Shown here one piece after another: positions 23,157 to 36,429 of a stretch of DNA of 64,000 bases (position 1 is the stretch's first letter; each line of letters starts with the position of its first letter). Origin of the DNA: Ranitomeya imitator. Lineage: Eukaryota. The notes under the pieces are model-generated. The model saw only the letters and a program-made list of their open reading frames with translations. It did not search any database and was not told the DNA's origin. Where the stretch lies: the NCBI RefSeq assembly GCF_032444005.1, contig NC_091283.1, positions 29,326,001-29,390,000 of the forward strand. The letters are read 5' to 3'. Made by a program: the position numbers and the translations under genes.

Positions 23157-26100
23157 TTAAATGAGGGCAAGAGCAGACTGAGAGATGCATGCGGAGGACG
23201 CCCAGGGGTCCCACCATGAGAGGACCCTAGTTTTCCTCAACAAGCCCTGAGCCATAATAACTTCATAGCAAAAGTGTAAGTCGATTCTGGCGATCAGTTC
23301 GGCTCTGGAAGCGAGGTCCGAGGACTTCCAATATTTCGCAATACATTGTCTTGCGGCAACTAGGAAATTAGAGACTATGGGCAGGAGAGGGGAGGGGAGG
23401 TCGATGAGGGAAATGCCTAGGACAGCGAGCTGACCACTCAGCGCCAGGGGGAGACCAGTCAGATCGGAAATCAATGCCTCCACCTCACGCCAAAAAGCCC
23501 GGATCCGCGGGCACGACCACCAGACATGGGAGGAGGACCCCACGGCGCCACACCCCTTCCAACAAAGAGGGGAGGAAGACGGGGAAAACTTCGCCAAGCG
23601 GGCAGGGGTAATGTACCAATGCAGCTGGATCTTTTTCACCTGTTCCAAGTGGCCAATACATGAGGAGAATTTAGAGGGGTGTATCATTGCAAACTGCCAA
23701 TCCTCCAGGGAGGCCTCAAAGCCCAGCGAGGACTCCCAGGAGGTCATAAATTGAAATTTGTCAGTGGAACCATAGGATATGAGGGCTTTGTAGATAATGG
23801 AGATGCCATGGGGCAATATAGTGGCTGGTCTGAAGAACCTATGAGCCGGGTCCTCTGTTAAAAGCGGGGGCGCCCCGAATGACCGACGTGACCTGAGAAA
23901 GCTACGGAGCTGAAGATATTGGAAAAAGTCAGTGACATTTAGGGAGAATCTCCCTGAGAGGTCCTCAAATGACAGAAGGCCATCCGATCCAAATAGGTCC
24001 GCCACCCGGAGCACCCCGCGACTTCTCCAGGAGGAAAGAGATATGTGTCCGATGGCATACTCCAAAGCCCGCAAAGAGACATAATCATACATGAACCCCA
24101 GATGAGAGGAGCTAAGCAGCGCCCAGAGTTTAGCAGCATTCCTGATAGAGCGGAGACAAGGGCCCACCAGAGGAGCCCGAAGCAGCTGAAGTTCTAAGAG
24201 TAATTTAAGCGAGTTTTGGGGGGCAAAGTGAGAGTCAATAAGAAACCAGGGCAAGCATGAGTTCCCCTCCCACCATATTTTAAGGGGCTCAAGGATCGCC
24301 GCCCTGTAGTAAGACTGCACCGCAGGAGCACCCAGCCCACCTACAGAGTACGGTAGGGACATAATCCGACGCCTGACCCTGTGAGGCTTCTTGTTCCAGA
24401 TAAACCGATCTATAAGCGATTGAAAAGCTGAAATGAACTTCGAAGGGATAAAAAGGGGGAGGCACCGGAAAAGGTACATAATTTTAGGTAGGAACAACAT
24501 TTTAGTAGTTTGTATGCGGGCCATCCACGAGAGTGTCGCATTTGATAAATGATCCATGCCCTTCCTGACCTCCGCAAGAGTTTCCTCACAATTTGCGCAA
24601 ACTATATTGTCTAACCTAGTTATCCTGATCCCTAGGTACGTGAAGCCCAGGGGAGCCCAAATGAACGCGTATTGTGATTGAATTTGGATCTGGAGGGGAG
24701 CCGGGAGAAATAGGGGAAAAATTGTGGATTTAGTCAAATTGAGTTTGTAGTATGAAACCGCCGAGAACTCAGTTAAAATGGAGGTAATCGCGTTCAACGA
24801 GGTTAAAGGTGAGGTGCAGGTTAGTACCACATCATCGGCGTAGAGACCAATTTTGTGTTCAGTTCCCCCCACCACAATTCCCTTTATGTCCGCACTTTGC
24901 CTGACCAATGCAGCCAAGGGCTCCATGACCAAAGCAAAGATGATAGGGGAGAGGGGGCAGCCCTGATGCGTACCATACCGAATGGGAAATGTCCGAGATC
25001 CAAAACCCACCGATCGAACCGACGCGCAGGGGTTGGAATACAATGCCATAACCGCTCTACCAATTTGCCCGGTGAGCCCAAATTTCTCCAGTATAAGCTC
25101 AATATATCCCCAGTGCACCCTGTCGAACGCTTTTTCAGCATCAAGCGACAGAAATACACTGGGGAGGCCTCCCCCCTCCACCACATCCAAAAGATCTATC
25201 AGGCGCCTGGTGCCATCCCTGGTCTGTCTGCCAGGAACAAACCCAACTTGGTCGGGGTGAATGAGGCTAGGGAGAACCGAGAATAACCTGTTAGCCCAGA
25301 TTTTTGCATAGATCTTAACGTCGCAGTTTAAGAGTGCTATCGGGCGGAAGTTCCCCGGGATGTTGGGGGTTTCCCTTGTTTGGGGAGGGTCGCTATGGAA
25401 GCCTCCAACCCCTCAGCCCTAATACTGCCTGTTGACAACCAATTATTAAAAAGCCGCAAAAGATAAGGGGAGAGGACAGAAAAGAACTGGGCATAGTAAA
25501 GAAAAGAAAAACCATCCGGCCCAGGGGAGGAACCCTTATTGGCCTCTCTGACAATCTGTGAGAGCTCAGACTCGACAATGGGGGAGTTCAGGAAAGAGAG
25601 CTGCTCCGAAGTGACCGAGGGGAGATTGGCCTTCTCCAAGAATGCCAAAATTGACTCCCGCGAAGGCTGGGGAATCCCTGGGTCAGACCCGAAGTCATAG
25701 AGAGAGGAATAATAAGATGCAAACTCCTCAGCAATATGAATAGGGTTGCGCACCTGGGAGCCGTCAGGCCTGAGCAAGAATGGGATCTTGGATTGAGCCT
25801 CTCTCTTCCTAACACGTCGAGCCAGAACAGCACCCGCTCGGTCCCCCATTGTATAAAATTTAGCTCTAGTTTTCCTCAGGGTCTTTTCAGCTCTATGGAG
25901 GAGCAAGTTGAGGACATGCATGCGAGCTTTAGAAAGATCAGAGAGAAGCGCTGGCGTAGGGGATAGTTTGTAAGCAGACTCGAGATGAGCTAGTTCATCT
26001 AAGGCAGATTGGAGAGCTGCATTATACTTCCTTTTTGCTATTGCCGCCATCTTAATGAAACGACCCCTAATTACCGCCTTGTGGGCAAACCAAAGGGTAT

Positions 26101-26922
26101 CATCATGTATGTCAGGAGTATCATTGGAGGCAAAAAATTCCCGCAAGGCCTCCTCTATACACTGTGAGTTGGATTGGTCAGCAAGGAGATGGGCGTTGAG
26201 GCGCCAATGTGCGGGAGGCCTGATGGCCAAGGGGTCTTTTAGAGTGAGGGAAACCGGGGCATGATCCGACCAGGTGATACTGCCTATATCTGCTGAGATG
26301 CAGTGAGGAAGAGCCACGTCATTCACCAGCACAACATCAATCCTGCTGTAGGAACCGTGCCTGGGAGATAAGAACGTGTAATCTCTCTCGCCGCAATGCA
26401 GATATCTCCAAATATCATGCAGGTTGAAAGAATTAGTTAGGGGACCTGCTTCGCATCTTGACAGGGAGGAGGCAGAGCAGTCCAGATCCCTAGACATTGG
26501 AGCATTGAAATCACCAGCAATCAGTTTGTGACCGTGTTGGATGTCGTGTAGAATTTTGAAACCCCCCTCCAAAAATCTGAGCTGCCCTACATTAGGGGCA
26601 TAGATCGAGGCAATGGTGTAGGGTGCATTGTTAATAAGGCATAGGACCACAATGCACCTACCCAGCGGATCCGCTATAGAGCGAACCAGCTGAAAGGGGT
26701 TGGCCCTGCTAAAGAAAATGGCTACTTTTTTGACGGGCCATTAGCAAAAAATTGGTGCGGGTATAAACCTGAGTGCATTCTGGGGTTATCACATTCCAGC
26801 AAGTGTGTTTCCTGAAGACACAAAATGTCATGGCGAGATTTGCCCAACTGACGCCACACAACAGACCTCTTGCCCGGGGAGTTAAGACCATTAACATTAA
26901 TTGAATACAACTAAATACTCAT
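23157..26922 (-). pseudogene. L1 ORF2 (APE endonuclease and RT), disrupted
   Basis: ATG AGT ATT TAG early stop; SINVNGLN, LQETH, IDVVL, SDHAPV, LYADD motifs split over ORFs 26722-26910, 25337-26650 and 23157-25190. Confidence 0.92.
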
Positions 26923-27292
26923 AATGAGGTCATGTTAATAGTTTTGCAATCATCTGGACACCGACAACCTGTGTATGAGAATAAACGACATGTGGCCAGT
27001 AAGCTAGAGCATACATGTGGGGAGACCGGAAGAAGGGAAGAGAAAGAAGGGTGGGGACAAACAAGACACATGACAAATAACAAGTAACAAGTAAACCAGT
27101 GGACCAAAGTCCATTCAGGGATACCCTGAGTCCAGAAGGTGAGCATCAGAAAAACAGTTCACCTATGGGGCAAACAAAAGCTGCGGATGCACTCGAAAGA
27201 GGGACCGGCGCAGCTAAAAAAAACAAAAAAAAAAAAGGAAACCAAAGTAAATCCGTGCGGGAAAATAGCCAGGAACCGTAGACGCAGTGGGC

Positions 27293-28348
27293 TCAGGCTA
27301 CCTCCCAGTCCGGTGTATTACGGGCCCTGAGGCCTCCGTCACCTCCAGGCCTGGAAAGGGTCGCAGAGACCGGAGAATCAGGAGCTGAGAGTCCCCATTT
27401 GGAGAGAGCGGTAGCCGCGTGAGCCTGAGACAGGCAGGTGGTGATCGATCCATCCTTGCGGATGAGGAGCTTGGTAGGAAACCCCCAGCGGTACTGGATG
27501 CCTTTCTCTCTGAGGATAGTAGTGTAGGGGCCAAAAGCCTTCCGAAGGGCCAAAGTACCCGGGGAGAGATCTGGAAAAACAGAGATGCGTGCAAATCTTT
27601 CAGGGAGGGCTGGATTCTTCCTTAGAGCCTGGAGAAAATCTTCCTTCATTTCGAAGAAGTGTATGCGTGCCAGCACATCTATTGGGACGGAGGGCCCCAG
27701 GCCAGACGGTTTAGGGATCCTGTGTACACGGTCAATTGTGATATCCTTTGGAGCAAACTGAGGGAGAGCTGCAGCCATAAAGTCCTGCAAAAATAGCTTC
27801 AAATCTCCTGCAAGAACAGATTCCTCAATGCCTCTGAGTTTAACGTTATTTCTCCTGGACCTATCTTCCAGGTCCAGGGCTTTAGAGTGGGTTTTAGTGG
27901 CCAGGGTTTGCAGGGCCTCATGAGCGTCCCAGAGATCGTTATGAGAAGAGACCAGTTCCGCCATCTTACGCTCCAGGCGATCAGTGCGGTTACCCAGCTC
28001 CACCACCTCCCCTCTTAACTCAGCCAGCATAGTGCGCATATCCTCTTGAATGGAGGTTCTGAGGTCTCCAAGAAGGCCCTTGAGGAGAGCAGCAGTCACC
28101 GGACCGTCAGCTGAATCCGACGCCGCAGCGCCTGAGTGCGACGCTGCTCCGCCTGAATGCAACGCTGCTCCGCCTGGATGCAACGCTGCACCACCCGATT
28201 GCGACGCTTGAGCGTTGCGTTGTGAAGAGCGGGAAGGCCTGAGGGAGGACGGCGACATCTTGGATTTTGGCGGCGGGAGCGGGGAGGCCGCAAAGAAGTC
28301 AGGAATTCTCCTGGAGGGATCACGGGCGCCCGCTTTAACTTTCCCCAT
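27293..28348 (-). CDS. L1 ORF1p (coiled coil, RRM, CTD), intact, 351 aa
   Basis: LEDRSRRNNVKLRGIEE, IDRVHRI, FPDLS, YRWGFP motifs. Confidence 0.92.
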   Translation of the reverse strand: MGKVKAGARDPSRRIPDFFAASPLPPPKSKMSPSSLRPSRSSQRNAQASQSGGAALHPGGAALHSGGAASHSGAAASDSADGPVTAALLKGLLGDLRTSIQEDMRTMLAELRGEVVELGNRTDRLERKMAELVSSHNDLWDAHEALQTLATKTHSKALDLEDRSRRNNVKLRGIEESVLAGDLKLFLQDFMAAALPQFAPKDITIDRVHRIPKPSGLGPSVPIDVLARIHFFEMKEDFLQALRKNPALPERFARISVFPDLSPGTLALRKAFGPYTTILREKGIQYRWGFPTKLLIRKDGSITTCLSQAHAATALSKWGLSAPDSPVSATLSRPGGDGGLRARNTPDWEVA

Positions 28349-28495
28349 ACACTCACCACCGCATCGGGAGTCGGTACCGATATCGTGGAGGTGAGCGAGA
28401 ACGCCGAGAAGGTAGATATGAGCCGCTTTAAGGTTCCTGGCTGAGGAGCTCCCGCTCTGTGCGACCTACTCCATCGGCAGTTAGGCCACGCCCCC

Positions 28496-29949
28496 GCCGG
28501 TTGGCATTCTTAAGGAAGGGGTGATTCTTTCTGCCATCTCCCCTGATTTGCGGCGGGTGCTTCAGGAATTTCAGGCTGATAAACCTGACCGCTGTCCAGT
28601 GGGGATGCTGTTTGTTCCTGATAGATGGATGAAGTAAGGTAATTTCTGAGGTTCATTGTTCAGTGTTGGCTGGTCATCCTGGGATTTTTGGTACCAAAGA
28701 TTTGGTTGCTAGGTCCTTTTGGTGGCCTTCCTTGTCGCGAGATGTGCGTGCTTTTGTGCAGTCCTGTGGGACTTGCGCCCGGGCCAAGCCTTGCTGTTCC
28801 CGCGCTAGTGGGTTGCTTTTGCCTTTGCCGGTCCCTGAGAGGCCCTGGACGCATATTTCCATGGATTTTATTTAGGATCTTCCTGTTTCCCAGAAGATGT
28901 CTGTTATCTGGGTGGTTTGTGACCGGTTTTCTAAAATGGTCCATCTGGTACCTTTGCCCAAGTTGCCTTCCTCCTCAGATTTGGTTCCATTGTTTTTTCA
29001 GCATGTGGTTCGTTTGCATGGCATTCCGGAGAATATTGTGTCTGACAGAGGTTCTCAGTTTGTTTCTAGGTTTTGGCGGGCCTTTTGTGCTAGTATGGGC
29101 ATTGATTTGTCTTTTTCTTCGACGTTTCATCCTCAGACAAATGGCCAAACTGAGCGAACTAATCAGACCTTGGAAACCTATTTGAGATGCTTTGTGTCTG
29201 CTGATCAGGATGATTGGGTGGCTTTCTTGCCGTTGGCCGAGTTTGCCCTTAATAATAGGGCTAGTTCGGCTACTTTGGTTTCACCTTTCTTTTGTAATTT
29301 TGGTTTTCATCCTCGTTTTTCTTCGTTTTTCTTCGGGGCAGGTTGAGCCTTCTGATTGTCCTGGTGTGGATTCTGTGGTGGACATGCTGCAGCAGATTTG
29401 GACTCATGTGGTAGACAATTTGACGTTGTCTCAGGAAAAGGCTCAACGTTTTGCTAACCGCCGTCGGTGGGTTGGTCCCCGGCTTCGTGTGGGGGATTTG
29501 GTTTGGTTGTCTTCTCGTCATGTTCCTATGAAGGTTTCTTCCCCTAAGTTTAAGCCTCGGTTTATTGGTCCTTATAAGATTTCTGAAATTCTCAATCCGG
29601 TTTCTTTTCGTTTGGCTCTTCCAGCCTCTTTTGCCATTCATAATGTTTTCCATAGATCTTTGTTACAGAGATATGTGGTGCCCGTTGTTCCCTCGGTTGA
29701 TCCTCCTGCCCCGGTGTTGGTTGAGGGAGAGTTGGAATATGAGGTTGAGAAAATTTTGGATTCTCGTTTTTCGAGGCGGAGGCTTCAGTATCTTGTCAAG
29801 TGGAAGGGTTATGGCCAGGAGGATAATTCTTGGGTTGTTGCCTCCGATGTCCATGCCGCCGATTTGGCTCGTGCTTTTCACTTGGCTCGTCCTGATCGGC
29901 CTGGGGGCTCTGGTGAGGGTTCGGTGACCCCTCCTCAAGGGGGGGGTAC
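28496..29949 (+). pseudogene. pol: Element A integrase and chromodomain (stops and frameshifts)
   Basis: GHPG...CGTC, SMDFI*, SDRGSQF, NGQTERTNQ, EKILDSRFSRRRLQYLVKWKGY; short tandem duplication at about 29315-29335. Confidence 0.9.
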
Positions 29950-30749
29950 TGTTGTGAATTCCGCTCTTGGGCTCCCTCCGGTGGTTGTAAGTGGCACTTT
30001 TGTGAGTTCTGCTCTTGGGCTCCCTCCGGTGGTTTTAAGTGGAATGGCTGCTCCTTGGATTTAGCAGTCAGCAGCTGCTTCCACTGATTGTCTAATCTGC
30101 TCGGCTATTTAGCCTGGCTCTTTCCTTCAGCTTGTGCCACTTGTCAATGGTTCCTGGTTGGATTCACATCTCTGCTTGGATTTCCCTGATATCCTGACCA
30201 GTTCAGCAAAGATAAGTCCTTGCTTTGCTCTTTTCTGTCCACATGTTGTGGACTTAATTGTTCTGTACATTCTCTGTTTTTGTCCAGCTTGTCAGTATGG
30301 ATTTATTCAGTTAAGCTGGAAGCTCTGGGAAGCAGATTTACCCTCCACACCTTTAGTCAGGTGTGGAGATTTTTGTAAACTCTGTGTGGATTTTTCTAGT
30401 TTTTAATACTGACCGCACAGTATTCTGTCCTGTCCTATCTATCTAGCTAGACTGGCCTCCTTTGCTACATCCTGGTTTCATTCTACGTATGTCTTTTCCC
30501 TCTCCACTCACAGTCATTATTTGTGGGGGGCTATCTATTCTTTGGGGATTTCCTCTGAGGCAAGATAGCTTTCCTGTTTCTATCTTTAGGGGTAGTTAGT
30601 TCTCAGGCTGTGACGAGGTGTCTAGGGAGTGACAGGAACATCCCACGGCTACTTCTAGTGTTGTGTTGAGCTTAGGAACTGCGGTCAATACAGGTACCAC
30701 CTCCTTCAGAGCTCTTCCCATGTTGCTCCTAAACCACCAGTTCATAACA
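29950..30749 (+). repeat. 3' LTR of element A (800 bp)
   Basis: Homologous to 8040-8824. Confidence 0.95.
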
Positions 30750-33700
30750 GGGCAGGTGAGTACACAACACAGATGAGAGGAAGGAATAGGGCAGGTGAGT
30801 ACAAGACAAGTGAGACGCAGGAATAGGGCAGGTGAGTACAAGACAGGTGAGAGGCAGGAATAGGGCAGGTGAGTGCAAGATAGGTCAGAGGAAGGAATAG
30901 GGCAGGTGAATACAAGACAGATAAGAGGCAGGAATAGGGCAGGTGAGTACAAGACAAGTGAGACACAGGAATAGGGCAGGTGAGTACAAGACAGGTGAGA
31001 GGCAGGAATAGGGCAGGTGTGAACAAGACATGTGAGACACAGGAATAGGGCAGATGAGTACAATGCAGGTGAGAGGCAGGAATAGGGCAGGTGAGTACAA
31101 AACAGGTGAGAGGCAGGAATAAGGCAGGTGAATACAAGACACCTGAAACAAGGGAATAGGGCAGGTGAGTACAGGACAGGTGAGAGGCAGGAATAGGGCA
31201 GGTGCGTACAAGACAGGTGAGAGGCAGGAATAGGCACGTGAGTACAAGACAGGTGAGAGGCAGGAATAGAGTAGGTGAATACAGGACAGCTGAGAGGCAG
31301 GAATAGGGCAGGTGAGTACAGGACAGGTGAGAGGCAGGAATAGGGCAGGTGAGTACAAGATAAGTGAGATGCAGGAATAGGGCAGGTGAGTACCAGACAA
31401 GTGAGACACAGGAAAAGGGCAGGTGAGTACAAGAAAGTGAGAGGCAGGAATAGGGCAGGAGAGTACAAGACAGGTGAGAGGCAGGAATAGGGCAGGTGAG
31501 TACAAGACAGGTGAAACACAGGAATAGGGCAGGTGAGTGCAAGACAGGTGAGAGGCAGGAATAGGGCAGGTGAGTACAAGACAGGTGAGAGGCAGGAATA
31601 GGGCAGGTAAGTACAAGACAAGTGAGAGGCAGGAATAGGGCAGGTGAGTACAGGACAGGTGAGAGGCAGAAATAGGGCAGGTGAATAGAAGACAAGTGAG
31701 ATGCAAGAATAGGGCAGATAAGTACAAGACAGGTGAGAGGCAGGAATAGGGCAGGTAGGTACACAACACAGATGAGAGGAAGGAATAGGGCAGGTCAGTA
31801 CAAGACAAGTGAGACACAGGAAAAGGGCAGGTGAGTACAAGACAGGTGAGAGGCAGGCATAGGGCAGGAGAGTACAAGACAGGTGAGAGGCAGGAATAGG
31901 GCAGGTGAGTAGAAGACAGGTGAGAGGCAGGAATAGGGCAGGTGAGTACAAGACAAGTGAGACGCAGGAATAGGGCAGGTGAGTAGAAGACAGGTGAGAG
32001 GCAGGAATAGGGCAGGTGAGTACAAGACAAGTGAGACGCAGGAATAGGGCAGGTGAGTACAAGACAGGTGAGAGGCAGGAATAGGGCAGGTGAGTGCAAG
32101 ATAGGTCAGAGTCAGGAATAGGGCAGGTGAGTACAAGACAGGTGAGAGGCAGGAATAGGGCAGGTGAGTGCAAGATAGGTCAGAGTCAGGAATAGGGCAG
32201 GTGAGTACAAGACAGGTGAGAAGCAGGAATAGGGCAGGTGAGTGCAAGATAGGTCAGAGGCAGGAATAGAGCAGGTGAATACAAGACAGGTGAGAGGCAG
32301 GAATAGGGCAGGTGAGTACAGGACAGGTGAGACAAGGGAATAGGGCAGGTGGGTACAAGACAGGTGAGTGGCAGGAATAGGGCAGGTGAGTACAAGACAG
32401 GTGAGAGGCAGGAATAGGGCAGGTGAGTACAAGACAAGTGAGATGCAGGAATAAGGCAGGTGAGTACAGGACAGGTGAGAGGCAGGAATAGGGCAGGTGA
32501 GTACAAGATAAGTGAGATGCAGGAATAGGGCAGGTGAGTACAAGACAAGTGAGACACAGGAAAAGGGCAGGTGAGTACAAGACAAGTGAGAGGCAGGAAT
32601 AGGGCAGGAGAGTACAAGACAGGTGAGAGGCAGGAATAGGGCAGGTGAGTACAAGACAGGTGAGACACAGGAATAGGGCAGGTGAGTACAAGACCGGTGA
32701 GAGGCAAGAATAGGGCAGGTAAGTACAAGACAGGTGAGAGGCAGGAATAGGGCAGGTGAGTACAGGACAGGTGAGAGGCAGGAATAGGGCAGGTGAGTAC
32801 AGGACAGGTGAGAGGCAGAAATAGGGCAGGTGAATACAAGACAAGTGAGACGAAGGAATAGGGCAGATGAGTATAAGACAGGTGAGAGGCAGGAATAGGG
32901 CAGGTAGGTATACAACACAGATGAGAGGAAGGAATAGGGCAGGTTAGTACAAGACAAGTGAGACACAGGAAAAGGGCAGGTGAGTACAAGACAGGTGAGA
33001 GGCAGGAATAGGGCAGGTGAGTACAAGACAGGTGAGACACAGGAATAGGGAAGGTGAGTACAAGACCGGTGAGAGGCAAGAATAGGGCAGGTAAGTACAA
33101 GACAGGTGAGAGGCAGGAATAGGGCAGGTGAGTACAGGACAGGTGAGAGGCAGGAATAGGGCAGGTGAGTACAGGACAGGTGAGAGGCAGAAATAGGGCA
33201 GGTGAATACAAGACAAGTGAGACGAAGGAATAGGGCAGATGAGTATAAGACAGGTGAGAGGCAGGAATAGGGCAGGTAGGTACACAACACAGATGAGAGG
33301 AAGGAATAGGGCAGGTCAGTTCAAGACAAGTGAGACACAGGAAAAGGGCAGGTGAGTACAAGACAGGTGAGAGGCAGGAATAGGGCAGGAGAGTACAAGA
33401 CAGGTGAGAGGCAGGAATAGGGCAGGTGAGTAGAAGACAGGTGAGAGGCAGAAATAGGGCAGGTGAGTACAAGACAAGTGAGAAGCAGGAATAGGGCAGG
33501 TGAGTACAAGACAGGTGAGAGGCAGGAATAGGGCAGGTGAGTGCAAGATAGGTCAGATGCAGGAATAGGGCAGGTGAGTACAAGACAGGTCAGAGTCAGG
33601 AATAGGGCAGGTGAGTACAAGACAGGTGAGAGGCAGGAATAGGGCAGGTGAGTGCAAGATAGGTCAGAGGCAGGAATAGGGCAGGTGAATACAAGACAGG

Positions 33701-35820
33701 TGAGAGGCAGGAATAGGGCAGGTGAGTACAGGGCAGGTGAGTCAAGGGAATAGGGCAGGTGGGTACAAGACAGGTGAGAGGCAGGAATAGGGCAGGTGAG
33801 TACAAGACAGGTGAGAGGCAGGAATAGGGCAGGTGAGTACAAGATAAGTGAGATGCAAGAATAGGGCAGGTGAGTACAAGACAGGTGAGAGGCAGGAATA
33901 GGGCAGGTGTGTACAAGGCAAGTGAGACACAGGAATAGGGCAGGTGAGTACAAGACAGGTGAGGGGCAGGAATAGGGCAGGTGAGTACCAAACAGGTGAG
34001 AGGCAGGAATAGGGCAGGTGAGTACAAGACACCTGAGACGAGAGAATAGGGCAGGTGAGTACAGGACAGGTGAGAGGCAGAAATAGGGCAGGTAAATACA
34101 AGACAAGTGAGACGAAGGAATAGGGCAGATGAGTATAAGACAGGTGAGAGGCAGGAATAGGGCAGGTGAGTACAACACAGATGAGAGGAAGGAATAGGGC
34201 AGGTCAGTACAAGACAAGTGAGACACAGGAAAAGGGCAGGTGAGTACAAGACAGGTGAGAGGCAGGAATAGGGCAGGAGAGTACAAGACAGGTGAGAGGC
34301 AGGAATAGGGCAGGTGAGTAGAAGACAGGTGAGAGGCAGGAATAGGGCAGCTGAGTACAAGACAAGTGAGAAGCAGGAATAGGGCAGGTGAGTACAAGAC
34401 AGGTGAGAGGCAGGAATAGGGCAGGTGAGTGCAAGATAGGTCAGATGCAGGAATAGAGCAGGTGAGTACAAGACAGGTCAGAGTCAGGAATAGGGCAGGT
34501 GAGTACAAGACAGGTGAGAGGCAGGAATAGGGCAGGTGAGTGCAAGATAGATCAGAGGCAGGAATAGGGCAGGTGAATACAAGACAGGTGAGAGGCAGGA
34601 ATAGGGCAGGTGAGTACAGGGCAGGTGAGTCAAGGGAATAGGGCAGGTGGGTACAAGACAGGTGAGAGGCAGGAATAGGGTAGGTGAGTACAAGACAGGT
34701 GAGAGGCAGGAATAGGGCAGGTGAGTACAAGACAAGTGAGATGCAAGAATAGGGCAGGTGAGTACAAGACAGGTGAGAGGCAGGAATAGGGCAGGTGTGT
34801 ACAAGGCAAGTGAGACACAGGAATAGGGCAGGTGAGTACAAGACAGGTGAGAGGCAGGAATAGGGCAGGTGAGTACCAAACAGGTGAGAGGCAGGAATAG
34901 GGCAGGTGAGTACAAGACACCTGAGACGAGAGAATAGGGCAGGCGAGTACAGGACAGGTGAGAGGCAGGAATAGGGCAGGAGAGTACAAGACAGGTGAGA
35001 GGCAGGAATAGGGTAGGTGAATACAGGACAGCTGAGAGGCAGGTATAGGGCAGGTGAGTACAGGACAGGTGAGAGGCAGGAATAGGGCAGGTGAGTACAA
35101 GATGATAAGTGAGATACAGGAATAGGACAGGTGAGTACAAGACAAGTGAGACGCAGGAATAGGGCAGGTGAGTACAAGACAGGTGAGAGGCAGGAATAGG
35201 GCAGGTGAGTGCAAGATAGGTCAGAGGAAGGAATAGGGCAGGTAAGTACAAGATAGGTCAGAGGCAGGAACAGGGCAGGTGAATACAAGACAGGTAAGAG
35301 GCAGGAATAGGGCAGGTGAGTAAAAGACAAGTGAGACACAGGAATAGGGCAGGTGAGTACAAGACAGGTGAGAGGCAGGAATAGGGCAGGTGTGTACAAG
35401 ACAAGTGAGACACAGGAATAGAGCAGGTGAGTACAAGACAGGTGAGAGGCAGGAATAGGGCAGGTGAGTACAAAACAGGTGAGAGGCAGGAATAGGGCTG
35501 GTGAGTACAAGACACCTGAGACGAGGGAATAGGGCAGAGTACAGGACAGGTGAGAGGCAGGAATAGGGCAGGTGAGTACAAGACAGGTGAGAGGCAGGAA
35601 TAGGGTAGGTGAATACAGGACAGCTGAGAGGCAGGAATAGGGCAGGTGAGTACAGGACAGGTGAGAGGCAGGAATAGGGCAGGTGAGTACAGGATAAGTG
35701 AGATGCAGGAATAGGACAAGTGAGTACAAGACAAGTGAGAGGCAGGAATAGGACAGGTGAGTACCAGACAGGTGAGAGGAAGGAATAGGCAGGTGAGTAC
35801 AAGACAGGTGCGAGGCAGGA
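30750..35820 (+). repeat. 37-bp purine-rich satellite, right arm (about 137 units)
   Basis: Same unit as 7157-8039. Confidence 0.97.
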
Positions 35821-36047
35821 ATTGGAAATATGAGTACACGTTTTTACTACTTTTTTTAACCCCTTCCGTTTGTCTATTATGTGCTGGCATCTGGAGAGAC
35901 CTCAGCGCATGATAATTGTCTTTTAAGACAATTTAGATTTAAGTCAAATCCTCCTGAAATAATTTTCCTCTCCATTCCATACAATAAATGTAATGGGTCC
36001 TTGACTAAGGGAAAATAACACTGATTGAGGACCTGACAGCCCATTAA

Positions 36048-36429
36048 GGGTATGTGCACAGGTATTCCTGAGGTCTGCGGATTTTTCCGCAGCGGATTTG
36101 TGAAAACCGCAGGTAAAAGGCACTGCTTTTTACCTGCGGAGTTCCTGCGGAATTACTGTGCTTTTTGTGCGGATTCCACTGCGGTTTTACACCTGCGGTT
36201 TTCTATTATGGAGCTGGTGTAAAACCGCTGCGGATTCTGCACAAAGAATTGACATGCTGCGGAATGTAAACCGCTGCGTTTCCGCGTGTTTTTTCCGCAG
36301 CATGTGCACTGCAGATTGTGTTTCCTATAAGTTTACATGGTACTGTAAACACATGGGAAACCGCTGCGGACCCGCAGCTGCGGAAACACTGCAGGTGCGC
36401 AGCAAAATCCGCAGCGTGTGAACATAGCC
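36048..36429. mobile_element. PIF/Harbinger-type MITE (family of 21319/21674)
   Basis: GGGTATGTGCACA ... TGTGAACATAGCC; TAA/TTA flanks; CCGCAG-rich interior. Confidence 0.75.

Larger units (their letters stand above)
17823..28495 (-). mobile_element. Full-length L1 LINE (about 5.5 kb without its internal insertion)
   Basis: 16-bp TSD GCCGGTTGGCATTCTT (17807-17822/28496-28511), TT/AAGA endonuclease-type site, poly(A) at 17821-17829 on -, GC-rich 5' UTR starting GGGGGCGTGGCC, ORF1 plus ORF2. Confidence 0.95.
8040..30749 (+). mobile_element. Gypsy/Ty3 chromovirus LTR retrotransposon A (decayed), hosting nested insertions
   Basis: LTRs 8040-8824 and 29950-30749 (TGTTGTGA...TCATAACA), G-run PPT before 29950, GGGCAG on both flanks. 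gag, protease, RT (YLDD), RNaseH, integrase and chromodomain fragments occur in order. Confidence 0.95.

Noticed and set aside
30596-35890. Very long minus-strand ORFs (up to 802 aa, LTCPIPASHLSCTHLPYS repeats), also at 7038-7975
   Set aside because: Open in all three frames because the satellite's minus strand is almost stop-free; no coding signature.
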